Shown: positions 28,752 to 39,568, numbered from the stretch's first letter. The stretch is DNA of 53,679 nucleotides from Bacilli bacterium (GCA_900752975.1 CAADXH010000088.1:1-53679); one strand, 5' to 3'. Made by a program: numbers and translations. Notes: generated by a model from the sequence alone, not told the origin.

Positions 28752-29297
28752 ATGCGAATAATTGGTGGAAAATATAAAAGTAGAAAACTTGCAACATTAG
28801 AAGGACTTGCGACAAGACCAACATTAGATGGTACCAAAGAAGCAATTTTTAATAGTCTTGGTAATTATATTCCTGACTTTGTTGTTCTTGATGTTTTTGG
28901 TGGTAGTGGAGCTTTAAGCTTAGAATCCATTAGCCGTGGTGCTAAAATGGCTTATGTAATTGATAAAAGCCCTGATGCAGTGAAAATAATTAAAAAAAAT
29001 GTTGAGAGTTTAAAAGTAGAAAATCAAGTAGTAGTACTTCTTGGGGCGTATGAAGATATTCTTAAACGTTTTAAAAATATGAAATTTGACTTAGTTTTTT
29101 TAGATCCACCATTTAGGATGAAAGTAATTGATGAATTAATTACTTATCTAATTACGAATGATATGATTAGTGATGGTGGTTATATTATGGCAGAATATCC
29201 TAAAGAGGATATTGTTCAAAAAGAATATTTAGGCTATAAAGTTAAACTTTGCCGTAAATACTCAAGTAGTGAAGTGCTAATATTAGAAAAGGAGTAA
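28752..29297 (+). CDS. rsmD: 16S rRNA (guanine966-N2)-methyltransferase RsmD
   Basis: MRIIGGKYKSRKL, VLDVFGGSGALSLE, FLDPPF. Confidence 0.85.
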   Translation: MRIIGGKYKSRKLATLEGLATRPTLDGTKEAIFNSLGNYIPDFVVLDVFGGSGALSLESISRGAKMAYVIDKSPDAVKIIKKNVESLKVENQVVVLLGAYEDILKRFKNMKFDLVFLDPPFRMKVIDELITYLITNDMISDGGYIMAEYPKEDIVQKEYLGYKVKLCRKYSSSEVLILEKE

Positions 29298-29301
29298 TAA
29301 T

Positions 29302-29784
29302 ATGAGAATTGGCGTTTATCCAGGTACCTTTGATCCAGTTACAAATGGTCATCTAGACATTATTAAAAGAGGATTACATTTATTTGATAAACTATATGTG
29401 GTAGTTCCTAAGAATATTCAAAAGAACGCTTTATTTACCACAAACGAAAGGGTTGAACTACTAAAAGAGGTATTAAAAGATTATCCAAATATTGAAGTAG
29501 TATCAACAGATGAACTTACAGTTAATTTCGCAACAGAGGTTCAAGCAACTGCTATGCTTAGAGGTCTTCGAATGGTCAGTGACTTTGAGTATGAACTACA
29601 ACTAGCTACTCTTAATCGTCATCTAAATAATAAAGTTGAAACAATATTTATTATGAGTTCTCATGAGTATTCTTTTCTATCTTCAAGCAGTGTTAAGGAA
29701 ATCGCATCTTTTGGTGGTGATGTAAGTGAGTTTGTCCCTCAAGCCGTAAAACTTGCTCTAGATAAAAAATATCAAAAGAATTAA
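29302..29784 (+). CDS. coaD: Phosphopantetheine adenylyltransferase
   Basis: YPGTFDPVTNGHLDII, RGLR..SDFEYE. Confidence 0.9.
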   Translation: MRIGVYPGTFDPVTNGHLDIIKRGLHLFDKLYVVVPKNIQKNALFTTNERVELLKEVLKDYPNIEVVSTDELTVNFATEVQATAMLRGLRMVSDFEYELQLATLNRHLNNKVETIFIMSSHEYSFLSSSSVKEIASFGGDVSEFVPQAVKLALDKKYQKN

Positions 29785-30678
29785 ACCAAAAAGTATCGAA
29801 GTAATTATTCCATGAATAATTCTGGAAAGAATTAAACTAGTTATGTTAAGACTAGTTTTTTTTGCTAGTGTAGTGATTTGTAGAGTTATAGCAATTCCGC
29901 CAAAAGACATCATAAAACTACAAATAATAAGTCTAATAAATATGGAAACGGGGTAATATATAACACTATTTAGACCAGTAGTTAGTTCAAACATATCTAA
30001 AAAAAAGGAAACAATAGTTTTAATAATCGTATTATTATTTATAATACTAATATTATTAATTAAGATATTTAATGGAATTTTAATAACACTTACAAAGAGC
30101 ATAGTTGATAAGATATTTAGCATTACCATCGGACAATTATCAATAATATCAACTAATGATTTATTTATTAAGTTATTATTTTGATTACATAGTGATATTT
30201 CTTTTTTTGGTCGATTGATAATGTAAAATATAATAGAAGTAAAAACCTGAACGGCATAAACAAAATATCCAAAAGGTTTTGGTAACATCATGATTGTAAA
30301 TAAAGGACTATTAAGTACTGCTCCTTTTAACAATCTTAGCCCTTCTTGTTTACTAATTCCATTGTTAATGCTAGTTATGATCAAAATACTTGATGTGGGA
30401 TTTCCTGTAATAAAGCTTAATAGAAATAAAGAACATGCCTTTTGACTTTCAAAATGCATGATCTTTGTTAAGGGAAAGTACAATAATTTACTAAGAAATG
30501 GAAAAGTTAATAACAGATTACTTATTAGGTAAAAAGGAACTAAAGACACTAAAACCTTTGATAGCCAAAGATAAAGAGTATCATAAATTACATTCTTAGT
30601 GTAAGTGGGGAAGAAAAAAAAGATTATAAGGCAAGAAAAAAGGAATAAGGAAATTAAAAAATAAATTATTTTTTTCAT
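29758..30678 (-). CDS. Polytopic membrane protein, YlbJ-like by position
   Basis: Multi-TM protein. It is convergent with rsmD-coaD, as in the Bacillus ylbH-ylbI-ylbJ arrangement. Its ATG overlaps the amidase TGA (TGATG). Confidence 0.5.
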   Translation of the reverse strand: MKKIIYFLISLFLFSCLIIFFFFPTYTKNVIYDTLYLWLSKVLVSLVPFYLISNLLLTFPFLSKLLYFPLTKIMHFESQKACSLFLLSFITGNPTSSILIITSINNGISKQEGLRLLKGAVLNSPLFTIMMLPKPFGYFVYAVQVFTSIIFYIINRPKKEISLCNQNNNLINKSLVDIIDNCPMVMLNILSTMLFVSVIKIPLNILINNISIINNNTIIKTIVSFFLDMFELTTGLNSVIYYPVSIFIRLIICSFMMSFGGIAITLQITTLAKKTSLNITSLILSRIIHGIITSILFGLILLIFFI

Positions 30679-31370
30679 CAGATAACTAGTTCCATTCTAG
30701 GATAAATGGTATCGCTAGAAAGATTATTTTTTTCTTTTATTGCCTCAACTGTTGTATTATGATCTTTACTGATGCTATAAAGGGATTCGTTAGGTTTTAC
30801 AACATGTACTAATTGTTTAGGAGGAGTGTATGGAATTTGATAATAATTAGTAATCGCTTTAACGACTCCTTCAGCTAGGTTAGGCCATTCATATACTAAT
30901 CGGTTAGTATCATTAGGATTGTCTGCGAAACCATATTCTATGATCATCGCGTTATTAGGGGTTGTACCACGCAAAATAAAGTAATAATCTTTTCCAGTTT
31001 TGCCGATACGTTGATAAACATTGCGGATGGGCACACCATTTTTGTTCAATTCATTTGCGATCATTTGGGGAAGTTCATTGTTACCTCTAATTGAATAGAT
31101 AACCTCACCGCCACTACTACCACCATTATTAATATGATTACTAATTAAAACATCGTTTTTAGTAGCACCTAGGTTTTGAATTCTTGTCAAACGGTCACTT
31201 GGCGATAAAGTTGTGTCTCCATCTCTAGTTAAAACACTAGGGAGTCCAAGTTCCTTAAAGCGTTTATTTTGGTAATTACTGATTTTTAAAACTAAATCTT
31301 TTTCTTTAAAATAGTTATTACTACCACCTCCGGGGTCCCAACCTCCATGACCTGGATCTATAATAATCAT
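30678..31370 (-). CDS. N-acetylmuramoyl-L-alanine amidase (Amidase_3) with C-terminal LysM; no signal peptide
   Basis: MIIIDPGHGGWDPGG, SNHINNGG, EYGFADN. LysM-like HVVKPNESLYSISKDHNTTVEAIKEKNNL. Confidence 0.85.
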   Translation of the reverse strand: MIIIDPGHGGWDPGGGSNNYFKEKDLVLKISNYQNKRFKELGLPSVLTRDGDTTLSPSDRLTRIQNLGATKNDVLISNHINNGGSSGGEVIYSIRGNNELPQMIANELNKNGVPIRNVYQRIGKTGKDYYFILRGTTPNNAMIIEYGFADNPNDTNRLVYEWPNLAEGVVKAITNYYQIPYTPPKQLVHVVKPNESLYSISKDHNTTVEAIKEKNNLSSDTIYPRMELVI

Positions 31371-31443
31371 AAAATCACCTCGATAAATTATATGATTAAG
31401 GTAATAAAAAAATACTTGTCTTTATCAACAATAAAAACAAGTA

Positions 31444-32127
31444 TTAGAAATGTCTTGATATAGTAAGTCCGGGATTTAATAGCCTTACGATATAAAAGCA
31501 TCCAACCGCAATTGCTATTCCACTAATAACATCAACAAAATAATGTTGTTTAACAAAAAGAGTAGATAAACAAATAATAATCCATCCAACTAGTGAGTAA
31601 ATTCTAAAAGATAGTGTAAAAACTTTATTTTTCCTAGCACCTAAATAACAAAAAGTACTAAGAATGCAGTGATAACTAGGAAATAAATTATGACCATATT
31701 CACCACCATCACTATTAAAAATAAATTTACATGCCCATCCTAAAAAATTATTGCCTAGAGAATCAAATACTCCTTCATTTGTTCTTGACATAAATGTTGG
31801 GAAGAAGATAAAGATTAAGAATCCAATTACACAAGCAAGAACATTAGCTAACATATAGTTAATAAAAACCCGTTTAGTGTCTAGTGACATTGCAAGGGCG
31901 CCAACTACCCAAAAAGCATATGAACTTACGTAGGGGAGAATAAAGATGGGAAGAAAAACAAATAAATCATCAATCATAGATATTTTTGGACAAAATGGTT
32001 CTATCCCAATAGCTTTACCTACTACCCCTGCAAGAAGATAAAGTACGTATTCAAAACCGAGTAGTCCAAAACCAAATACCCATCCATACCAAGGAAAAGA
32101 TTTTATGACCCTAAATAACTTTTTCAT
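31444..32127 (-). CDS. PAP2-superfamily membrane protein
   Basis: 6 TM segments; PSYHC and KQHYFVDVISG resemble PAP2 C2/C3 motifs (PSGH, SRxxxxxHxxxD). Confidence 0.55.
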   Translation of the reverse strand: MKKLFRVIKSFPWYGWVFGFGLLGFEYVLYLLAGVVGKAIGIEPFCPKISMIDDLFVFLPIFILPYVSSYAFWVVGALAMSLDTKRVFINYMLANVLACVIGFLIFIFFPTFMSRTNEGVFDSLGNNFLGWACKFIFNSDGGEYGHNLFPSYHCILSTFCYLGARKNKVFTLSFRIYSLVGWIIICLSTLFVKQHYFVDVISGIAIAVGCFYIVRLLNPGLTISRHF

Positions 32128-32162
32128 ATGTCACCTACATTTCTAAAATAAACGAAAAAAAA

Positions 32163-32239
32163 TGGCGTCCCAGAAGGGATTCGAACCCCCGACACACGGC
32201 TTAGAAGGCCGTTGCTCTATCCAACTGAGCTACTGGGAC
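32163..32239 (-). tRNA. tRNA-Arg (anticodon UCU)
   Basis: The reverse complement folds as a cloverleaf: GTCCCAG TA GCTC AGTTGGATA GAGC A ACGGC CT-TCT-AA GCCGT GTGTC GGGGG TTCGAAT CCCTT CTGGGAC G CCA. Confidence 0.9.
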
Positions 32240-32342
32240 ACAATTGACGCTACAATATTATACACTATTTTAAATTAAAAGTAAAGTAAAATAGAATAAA
32301 AAAATAAAAAACATCAAAATTAATAATAATAAATACTATTAC

Positions 32343-32371
32343 TTGTAAAAATAGAACAAATATTATATAAT
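32343..32371 (+). promoter_or_regulatory. Near-consensus sigma-A promoter
   Basis: TTGTAA, 17 nt, TATAAT. Confidence 0.45.
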
Positions 32372-32393
32372 ATTATAAAGGGGGAAATACAAA

Positions 32394-34241
32394 ATGAAGA
32401 ATTTGTGTTTTAAATTTAAATATGTATTTTTAGTAATGATTACACTTGTTTCGGTGTTCGTACTTGCAGGATGCAACGTTAAACAACCAAAGGAAAACTT
32501 TGATATTTTTACAAATAAAATTTTCAAAACTATTATTGGTAATGATGAACTAACATCAAACTTTTTGTTTAATGACCCTACAAAATTTGGACTTGAAAGG
32601 TATGAACCTTCTCTTCCAACACCAGGAAAGACACAAGCATTGGGGCTATTGATAATTAATTTATACTTTGGTCAAGTTAAAAACTTTGATTATAGTGAAC
32701 TTAATGAAGATCAACAAATGACTTATGACATTATCGTTGATATGTTAGATAATATAAATGCGAAAACACCAGAAATGAGTTATTTAAGTAATAACTATTT
32801 AGGCTCGTATTTAGGATATCAAGCTCAACTTCCTTTACTGCTTGTAGAATACCATTTTAAGGATAAACTTGATGTCGATAATTATTTCAAATATTTGGAT
32901 TTAGTTCCAGAAACCTTCAAGAAATACGTTGAATTTGAAGTTGAAAAAGCTGATAATGGTTATGGTATGCCTGACTTTGTCATTGATAAGGTTGTTGAAC
33001 AATGTGTTAATTTTATTGGTAAAGCAAGTGAAGAAGATCATTTTATGATAAACGTGGTTAATAATAAAATTGATAAATTGGATTTCTTAACTGATGAAGA
33101 AAAGCAAAATTATAAGGAAATAAATAAAGAAAAGGTAAAAGGCCCATTAATTGATGGCTATGCGTATGTCCGTGATAACCTACCTGCTTTAAAGGGGAAG
33201 GCGACAAATAATATGGGACTTGCACATTACTTTACAACCAAAACAGACTCAACTGAAAAAGTTAATATTGGACAAAAATATTATGAACTTGCTTTCCAAA
33301 AAGCAGTTGGTTATAACATTAGTATGGAAGAGGCCATCGCATATGTTGAATCAAAATTAAGCAAATATGAGAAAGAACTTGCAACATTTAGACAACATAC
33401 CAAAGATGATTCTACATTCCTCACAAGAGTAGCTGAAACAAAGTTTATGAATCAAACACCAGAGGAGCAACTTGCACTGTATCAACGAATCATATATAGT
33501 GATTTTCCAACACTTAATTTAGAAAATGAATTAAATGTTGAAGTTAAGTATATAGATAAGGCTATGGAAGACAATTTTAGTCCGGCTGCGTATATGACTT
33601 CACCGATTGATGAGTTCAAGAATGAGTATATTTACTTAAATAATAAATCAATTTTGATAGATAAAGAAGATGATGATGGTAACATTGCTAAGGTTTATGA
33701 TTACAATTATTTATTTACAACTCTTGCTCATGAAGGATTTCCTGGCCATTTGTACCAAAATGTGTACTTTAAAAATCAAAAAACAAATGTTTTGAGAAAA
33801 GTCATTAAGAGTTCTGGTTATATGGAAGGTTGGGCAACATATGTTGAAAACTACATGTATAATTTCTTAGAGGGATATGATCAAGATGTAATCGATTTTT
33901 ATCTTTTCCAAGAAAACTATCAAGCCGCAATCTATTCTCGTCTTGATATGGGAATCCACTATGATGGTTGGACTCTAGAAGAAACATATAATTATTTATC
34001 AAAATATTACAATGTAACTATCGATAGTACAAAATCAGTTTATGAAAGACTAATCGAAGTTCCAAACAACTGTCAATATTATTATTTCACATATTTCAAA
34101 CTTTGTGATATGTATGAAAAAGTGAAAACAAAATTAGGTAATGACTTCAATCCAACTGAATACCATAAACGAATTCTTGATTGTGGTCCACTTCCACTAA
34201 GATTTGTGGAAAAAAGAGTCCTAACTTCATACGGATTATAA
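32394..34241 (+). CDS. DUF885-family lipoprotein (putative metallopeptidase-like)
   Basis: Lipobox VLAGC; LAHEGFPGHLYQ matches the DUF885 HE..PGH..Q motif. Confidence 0.75.
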   Translation: MKNLCFKFKYVFLVMITLVSVFVLAGCNVKQPKENFDIFTNKIFKTIIGNDELTSNFLFNDPTKFGLERYEPSLPTPGKTQALGLLIINLYFGQVKNFDYSELNEDQQMTYDIIVDMLDNINAKTPEMSYLSNNYLGSYLGYQAQLPLLLVEYHFKDKLDVDNYFKYLDLVPETFKKYVEFEVEKADNGYGMPDFVIDKVVEQCVNFIGKASEEDHFMINVVNNKIDKLDFLTDEEKQNYKEINKEKVKGPLIDGYAYVRDNLPALKGKATNNMGLAHYFTTKTDSTEKVNIGQKYYELAFQKAVGYNISMEEAIAYVESKLSKYEKELATFRQHTKDDSTFLTRVAETKFMNQTPEEQLALYQRIIYSDFPTLNLENELNVEVKYIDKAMEDNFSPAAYMTSPIDEFKNEYIYLNNKSILIDKEDDDGNIAKVYDYNYLFTTLAHEGFPGHLYQNVYFKNQKTNVLRKVIKSSGYMEGWATYVENYMYNFLEGYDQDVIDFYLFQENYQAAIYSRLDMGIHYDGWTLEETYNYLSKYYNVTIDSTKSVYERLIEVPNNCQYYYFTYFKLCDMYEKVKTKLGNDFNPTEYHKRILDCGPLPLRFVEKRVLTSYGL

Positions 34242-34312
34242 AAGCAAAATAAAAGCAATAATTTAGATAATTTGATATAATATGTAAGATTAGTAAAGGA
34301 GAATTTATTCAT

Positions 34313-35632
34313 ATGAGTGAATCAAAAGTAAAAGTAGAAAATATTTCAAATAGTCAAGTTAAATTGACAATTAAAGTAAGTGCTGAAGAATTTGACAAGG
34401 CTTTAGATATGGCCTTTGAAAAAGTAATTAAAAAAGTTAAAATCGATGGTTTTAGAGAAGGTAAAGCTCCTAAAAACGTATTTATCAACCACTACGGTTG
34501 GGAAAGCTTATATCAAGATGGTATAGAATATGCATTACAACTTACTTACTATCCAGCCGTACAAAAGGCAAACATTATTCCAGTAAGTGACCCTAAAATT
34601 GATTTAGATTTTTCTAAAATCAAAAAGGGAAGTGGTTTTACATATACTGCTGAAATCGAAATTTGGCCAACACCAGAACTTGGACAATATAAAGGTTTAA
34701 CAGTTAAAGCAAAATCAACAAGAGTAACGAAAAAGATGGTTGAAGATTACATCAAAGAACAATTAAAGAATAAAGCTGAAATTGTTGTAAAAGATACTCC
34801 AGCTACACTTGGTGATACTGTGGTTATTGATTTTGAAGGATTTGTAAATGGTGAAGCATTTGAAGGTGGAAAAGCAGAAAACTATCCATTAGAACTTGGT
34901 TCTCATGCTTTTGTTCCAGGATTTGAAGATCAATTAGTAGGAACTAAAACTGGTGATGAATTAGATGTTAATGTTGTTTTCCCTGAAAATTATCATGAAT
35001 CATTGGCTTCTAAACCTGCAACATTTAAAGTTAAAGTGCACGAAGTAAAAGGCCGTGAAGAAGCTGAATTAACTGATGATTTAGTAGCTGAAATGGAAAT
35101 TGAAGGCGTAAAAACTGTAAAAGAATACAATGAATATGTTAAAAAACTTTTACAAAATCAAAAAGAACAAGAAAATGAAAACTATATTATGGATACGCTA
35201 ATGAAGAAAATTGAAAAAGGCTCTAAAATAGTTGTTCCACAAGCAGTGGTTGATGAAGAACTAAATAAACAAGTTGAAAGAATTGAAAATCAAGCTAAAC
35301 AATATAAAGTTCCAACTGAAGTTTTATTACAGTATAGCGGTTACGCTAATATGGAAGCTTATAAAAAGGCTGGAGCAGAATACATTAAACGTCAAATTAC
35401 TGAAGAAGTAATTATTGAGGAAATTGTAAAAGCTGAAAAATTTGAAGTATCCAAAGAAGAAATTGAAGCTGAATATGCAAAACTTTGTGGTGACAAACCT
35501 GAAGAAACTGAAGCTGATAAAGCTAAGAGATTAGAAGATGTTAAAAAGAAATTCAGTGCAGAACAAGTAGAACATCATCTAAAGATGACAAAAGCTGTCA
35601 ACTTAATTAAAGATAGTGCAGTAATTGAATAA
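34313..35632 (+). CDS. tig: Trigger factor
   Basis: N-terminal ...DGFREGKAPKNV (GFRxGKxP ribosome-binding signature), central FKBP-type PPIase GDTVVIDFEGF..GE.FEGG, position upstream of clpX. Confidence 0.9.
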   Translation: MSESKVKVENISNSQVKLTIKVSAEEFDKALDMAFEKVIKKVKIDGFREGKAPKNVFINHYGWESLYQDGIEYALQLTYYPAVQKANIIPVSDPKIDLDFSKIKKGSGFTYTAEIEIWPTPELGQYKGLTVKAKSTRVTKKMVEDYIKEQLKNKAEIVVKDTPATLGDTVVIDFEGFVNGEAFEGGKAENYPLELGSHAFVPGFEDQLVGTKTGDELDVNVVFPENYHESLASKPATFKVKVHEVKGREEAELTDDLVAEMEIEGVKTVKEYNEYVKKLLQNQKEQENENYIMDTLMKKIEKGSKIVVPQAVVDEELNKQVERIENQAKQYKVPTEVLLQYSGYANMEAYKKAGAEYIKRQITEEVIIEEIVKAEKFEVSKEEIEAEYAKLCGDKPEETEADKAKRLEDVKKKFSAEQVEHHLKMTKAVNLIKDSAVIE

Positions 35633-35656
35633 TTATTTTGATTAATTTAATAAATT

Positions 35657-35679
35657 CGCTCCATAATAAATATGGAGCG
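35657..35679 (+). promoter_or_regulatory. Hairpin occluding the clpX Shine-Dalgarno sequence
   Basis: CGCTCCAT-AATAAAT-ATGGAGCG (8-bp perfect stem). The 3' arm contains the GGAG 10 nt upstream of the clpX ATG. No T tract follows. Confidence 0.35.
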
Positions 35680-35687
35680 TGATTATT

Positions 35688-36866
35688 ATGGAAAAAATAT
35701 ATTGTTCATTTTGTGGCAAAGAAATAACTTGGGATAACCTAGGTGTTGAAGGCAATAAAGCGTGGATATGTCAAGACTGTCTAAAAATATATTATGATAT
35801 ATTAAATATTGAACAAAAAGAATTGTTTAATAAGCAATTTATCAAAAACTTTAAAGATGAAGTGATAAGTCCAAAAGTTATTTATGATAAACTTGATGAG
35901 TGTGTTATAAGTCAAAAACAAGCTAAAAAAGTTTTGTCAGTAGCGTTATATCAACATTATAAGAGAATAACTTGCCCTGATTTAAAGGATTTAGAGAAGC
36001 CTAATATTTTAATGATTGGTCCAACGGGGGTTGGTAAAACACTACTTGCGAAAACTATGGCATCAATCTTGAATTTGCCGCTAGCTATTTGTGATGCGAC
36101 AGTATATACTCAAGCAGGATATGTTGGCGAAGATGTTGAAAATATTTTATTAAAGCTTCTTCAAAATGCTGATTATGATTTAGACCTTGCGGAAAAGGGC
36201 ATTGTGTTTATTGATGAATTTGACAAACTTGCTCGTAAAAGTGAAAATGTTTCAATCACAAGAGATGTGTCAGGAGAAGGAGTTCAAAACTCTTTATTAA
36301 AAATAATAGAGGGAAACATAATTAATGTACCTCCACAAGGTGGAAGAAAACACCCATATCAAGAGTACATTAAATTTGATACATCAAAAGTCTTATTTAT
36401 TTGTGCAGGAAGTTTTGAAGGGCTTGATGATAATAAAACTAAGCCAATGGGATTTGAGAATAAAAAAGTAGAAGATATATTACTAGATACTAAAAAACTT
36501 CAAAAATTTGGAATCATTCCAGAAATTTTGGGTAGACTTCCTGTGACGGTTAGACTTGAAAAACTAACCCTTGAAGATCTTGAAAAAATATTAACTATGC
36601 CTAAAAAAGCTATAATCAAGGAATATCAACAATTATTTAACAGCGACAAAATTGAATTAATATTTAATAAAAAAACAATTAAGATGATTGCGGAAAAGGC
36701 GTATGCTGAAGGAACGGGAGCTAGAGCTTTACGTAAAATTCTTGAAGAACGAATGCTTGATCTAATGTTTAAACTACCATATGATGAAAACATTAAATCA
36801 ATAGAAGTAATTGAAAATGAAGAACTATATAATGAAAAAAGTGAGGAAGTAATTCCTAGTGCTTAG
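35688..36866 (+). CDS. clpX: ATP-dependent Clp protease ATP-binding subunit ClpX
   Basis: Zn-binding CSFCGK...CQDC, Walker A GPTGVGKT, Walker B IVFIDEFDK, MGF (IGF-type) loop. Confidence 0.9.
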   Translation: MEKIYCSFCGKEITWDNLGVEGNKAWICQDCLKIYYDILNIEQKELFNKQFIKNFKDEVISPKVIYDKLDECVISQKQAKKVLSVALYQHYKRITCPDLKDLEKPNILMIGPTGVGKTLLAKTMASILNLPLAICDATVYTQAGYVGEDVENILLKLLQNADYDLDLAEKGIVFIDEFDKLARKSENVSITRDVSGEGVQNSLLKIIEGNIINVPPQGGRKHPYQEYIKFDTSKVLFICAGSFEGLDDNKTKPMGFENKKVEDILLDTKKLQKFGIIPEILGRLPVTVRLEKLTLEDLEKILTMPKKAIIKEYQQLFNSDKIELIFNKKTIKMIAEKAYAEGTGARALRKILEERMLDLMFKLPYDENIKSIEVIENEELYNEKSEEVIPSA

Positions 36867-36878
36867 AAAGGAGTAAAT

Positions 36879-39206
36879 ATGTTTGAGTTAAATGAACAGG
36901 TAACAGAACAATTACCAGCAATAGTTGTAAGCGACATTGTGCCACTTCCAAATAATGAAATTAGAGTAGAAATAAATAGGCCTGAAGATATTAAAGCTTT
37001 AAAAAGCGCAGAACAATATCGAAACTACATATTTTTAATGTTACCATCAAAAAATGATACTCAAAATGAGGTTATTGACAGCTATTACAAAAGGGGAGTA
37101 GTAGCGAAAATTGTCTTAAATATGACCAATCCTAACGGGTCTAGAAGAGTTAAATTACAAACTATTGTACGTGCTGATGTAGAAGAGTTTGTATTGACCA
37201 GTCCCCATTTACTAGTAAAATTTACAACCCAACCATCAATTAGTAGTGATAGTGATAAGGAAGTTGCAACCTTAGAATTAATTAAGCAAGAATTAGTATC
37301 AAATAATAAAATGATGCCAGTTCTAGAAAATAAAGATGTTATTCTTAATAGTTTAAGAAAAGGTATCTCATCAGCTGAATTTTCTGATGTTATCGCTATT
37401 AATATTATCGGTGATTTTAAATCACATCTTAAGTATCTATTTGAACTTGATATTACTAAACGTTTACTTATGATTTTAGAAGACCTAAGAAAACAAAAGT
37501 ATTTTGCAAGTCTTGAAAGCAAAATCGATGAAGAGGTAAAACGTAGTATTAATGAAGCTCAAAAGGAGTACTATCTAAGAGAAAAAATGAAAGCCATCCA
37601 AGATGAACTTGGTGATAAGGCTAAAAAAGAAACAGATATTGATACATTAAGAAAGAAAATGAAAGAAGCAAAGATGCCAAAAACAGTTGAAGAAAAAGCA
37701 TACAATGAATTAAATCGTTATATGTCTACGCCAAGCACTTCACCTGAATCTGGTATTATAAGAACATACCTAGATTTTCTTATTGCATTACCATGGAACA
37801 CACAGTCAGTTGATTCTGATGATATTAAAAAAGCAAAAGAAATTCTTGATGAAGATCACTACGGGCTTGACAAAGTTAAAGAAAGAATTCTTGAATATCT
37901 TGCGGTAAAGATTATGACACAAAAGAATCCACAAGCTATTCTATGTCTTGTTGGCCCTCCAGGTGTTGGTAAAACTTCACTTGCAAAGTCAATCGCGAGA
38001 GCTCTTAACAAGAAGTTTGTTAAACTTTCTTTAGGTGGCGTTAAAGATGAATCGGAAATTAGAGGTCATCGTCGTACTTATCTTGGAGCACTACCTGGTA
38101 GAATTCTTCAAAATTTAAAACGTGCAGGCACAAATAATCCAGTATTTTTACTTGATGAAATTGACAAGATGAGTAGTGACTATAAGGGAGACCCAACAAG
38201 TGCAATGCTTGAAGTATTAGATGCTGAACAAAATCAATTTTTCAGTGATAATTATTTAGAAGAACCATTTGATTTATCCCATGTTTTCTTTATCGCAACT
38301 GCCAATTATTTAGGTAATATTCCTGAACCATTACGTGACCGTATTGAAATAGTTGAAGTATCAAGTTATACTGAATATGAAAAATTCGAAATTGCCACTC
38401 ACCACTTACTAAAAAAGCAACTTTTAGCAAACGGACTTGATGAATCCAAATTTAGTATTAGTGATCAAGCAATTTACTCAATTATTCAAAATTACACACG
38501 TGAAGCTGGTGTGCGTGAATTAGAAAGATTGTTAAGCTCAATTATTCGTAAGGCCATTAAAAATATTTTATTAAATGGCGCATCAAAAATTGAAATTAAT
38601 GTAGATAATTTAGAAGAATATTTAGGAAAACCTAAATTCACTAATAATAAAACTGAGGAAAATGATTTAGTAGGAATTGTTACTGGACTTGCTTATACAC
38701 AGTTTGGTGGTGATACTTTATCAATTGAGGCAACTCACTATAAAGGTGAAGGGAAACTCTTACTTACTGGTCAATTAGGTGATGTAATGAAAGAATCAGC
38801 TCAAGCAGCTTTTAGTTATGTTAAAAGTAATGCTGAAAAATTCAATATTAATATTAAGGATATCAAAGAATCTGATGTTCACATCCATGTTCCTGAAGGG
38901 GCTATTCCAAAAGATGGACCTTCAGCAGGTGTTACAATTACAACAGCTTTAATATCAACATTTACTAATCGTCCAGTTCATCACGAAATTGGTATGACTG
39001 GAGAAGTTACCTTACGTGGTCAAGTTCTACCAATTGGTGGATTAAGAGAAAAATCAATTGCGGCTCATCGTAGCGGACTTAAGAAAATTATTATTCCATA
39101 TGATAATTTAAAAGATATTGATGAGATTCCTGAAAGCGTAAAAAATAGTCTTGAAATCATTCCAGTTAAATCAGTAGAAGAGATTGTTAATATAGTCCTT
39201 AAGTAA
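36879..39206 (+). CDS. lon: Lon protease (LonA)
   Basis: Lon N-domain, GPPGVGKTS, LLDEIDK, protease motif PKDGPSAGVT plus catalytic Lys region. Confidence 0.95.
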   Translation: MFELNEQVTEQLPAIVVSDIVPLPNNEIRVEINRPEDIKALKSAEQYRNYIFLMLPSKNDTQNEVIDSYYKRGVVAKIVLNMTNPNGSRRVKLQTIVRADVEEFVLTSPHLLVKFTTQPSISSDSDKEVATLELIKQELVSNNKMMPVLENKDVILNSLRKGISSAEFSDVIAINIIGDFKSHLKYLFELDITKRLLMILEDLRKQKYFASLESKIDEEVKRSINEAQKEYYLREKMKAIQDELGDKAKKETDIDTLRKKMKEAKMPKTVEEKAYNELNRYMSTPSTSPESGIIRTYLDFLIALPWNTQSVDSDDIKKAKEILDEDHYGLDKVKERILEYLAVKIMTQKNPQAILCLVGPPGVGKTSLAKSIARALNKKFVKLSLGGVKDESEIRGHRRTYLGALPGRILQNLKRAGTNNPVFLLDEIDKMSSDYKGDPTSAMLEVLDAEQNQFFSDNYLEEPFDLSHVFFIATANYLGNIPEPLRDRIEIVEVSSYTEYEKFEIATHHLLKKQLLANGLDESKFSISDQAIYSIIQNYTREAGVRELERLLSSIIRKAIKNILLNGASKIEINVDNLEEYLGKPKFTNNKTEENDLVGIVTGLAYTQFGGDTLSIEATHYKGEGKLLLTGQLGDVMKESAQAAFSYVKSNAEKFNINIKDIKESDVHIHVPEGAIPKDGPSAGVTITTALISTFTNRPVHHEIGMTGEVTLRGQVLPIGGLREKSIAAHRSGLKKIIIPYDNLKDIDEIPESVKNSLEIIPVKSVEEIVNIVLK

Positions 39207-39281
39207 AACATTTGCAATAAATATCATTATATGATATAATTATAACGTTATAGTATCAAAATATAAAATTAGGAGGCCCAT

Positions 39282-39521
39282 ATGAGTGCTTTAAGTTGGT
39301 ATGATTATATATTATTAGTCGTTTCAATTATTATGATTTTAATAGTAGTGTTACAATCATCTAAAGAAGATGGTATGAGTGCATTTACTGGTGAGAAGTC
39401 AGATCTTTTCGCAAATCAAAAACAAAGAGGTTTAGAAAAAGCTATTAATACTACAACAACAGTATTATCAGTAGTATTTTTCGTATTAACAATCTTAGCG
39501 GCTGTATTACCAAGAGTTTAA
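39282..39521 (+). CDS. secG: Preprotein translocase subunit SecG
   Basis: 79 aa, two TM helices, central LQSSKEDG loop, position upstream of rnr-smpB as in Bacillus. Confidence 0.7.
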   Translation: MSALSWYDYILLVVSIIMILIVVLQSSKEDGMSAFTGEKSDLFANQKQRGLEKAINTTTTVLSVVFFVLTILAAVLPRV

Positions 39522-39527
39522 AAGATT

Positions 39528-39548
39528 AGGGCTTAAATGCCCTTTTTT
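39528..39548 (+). terminator. Short Rho-independent terminator after secG
   Basis: AGGGC-TTAAAT-GCCCT followed by TTTTTT. Confidence 0.5.
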
Positions 39549-39568
39549 CATACTTTAAGGAGGGGAAA

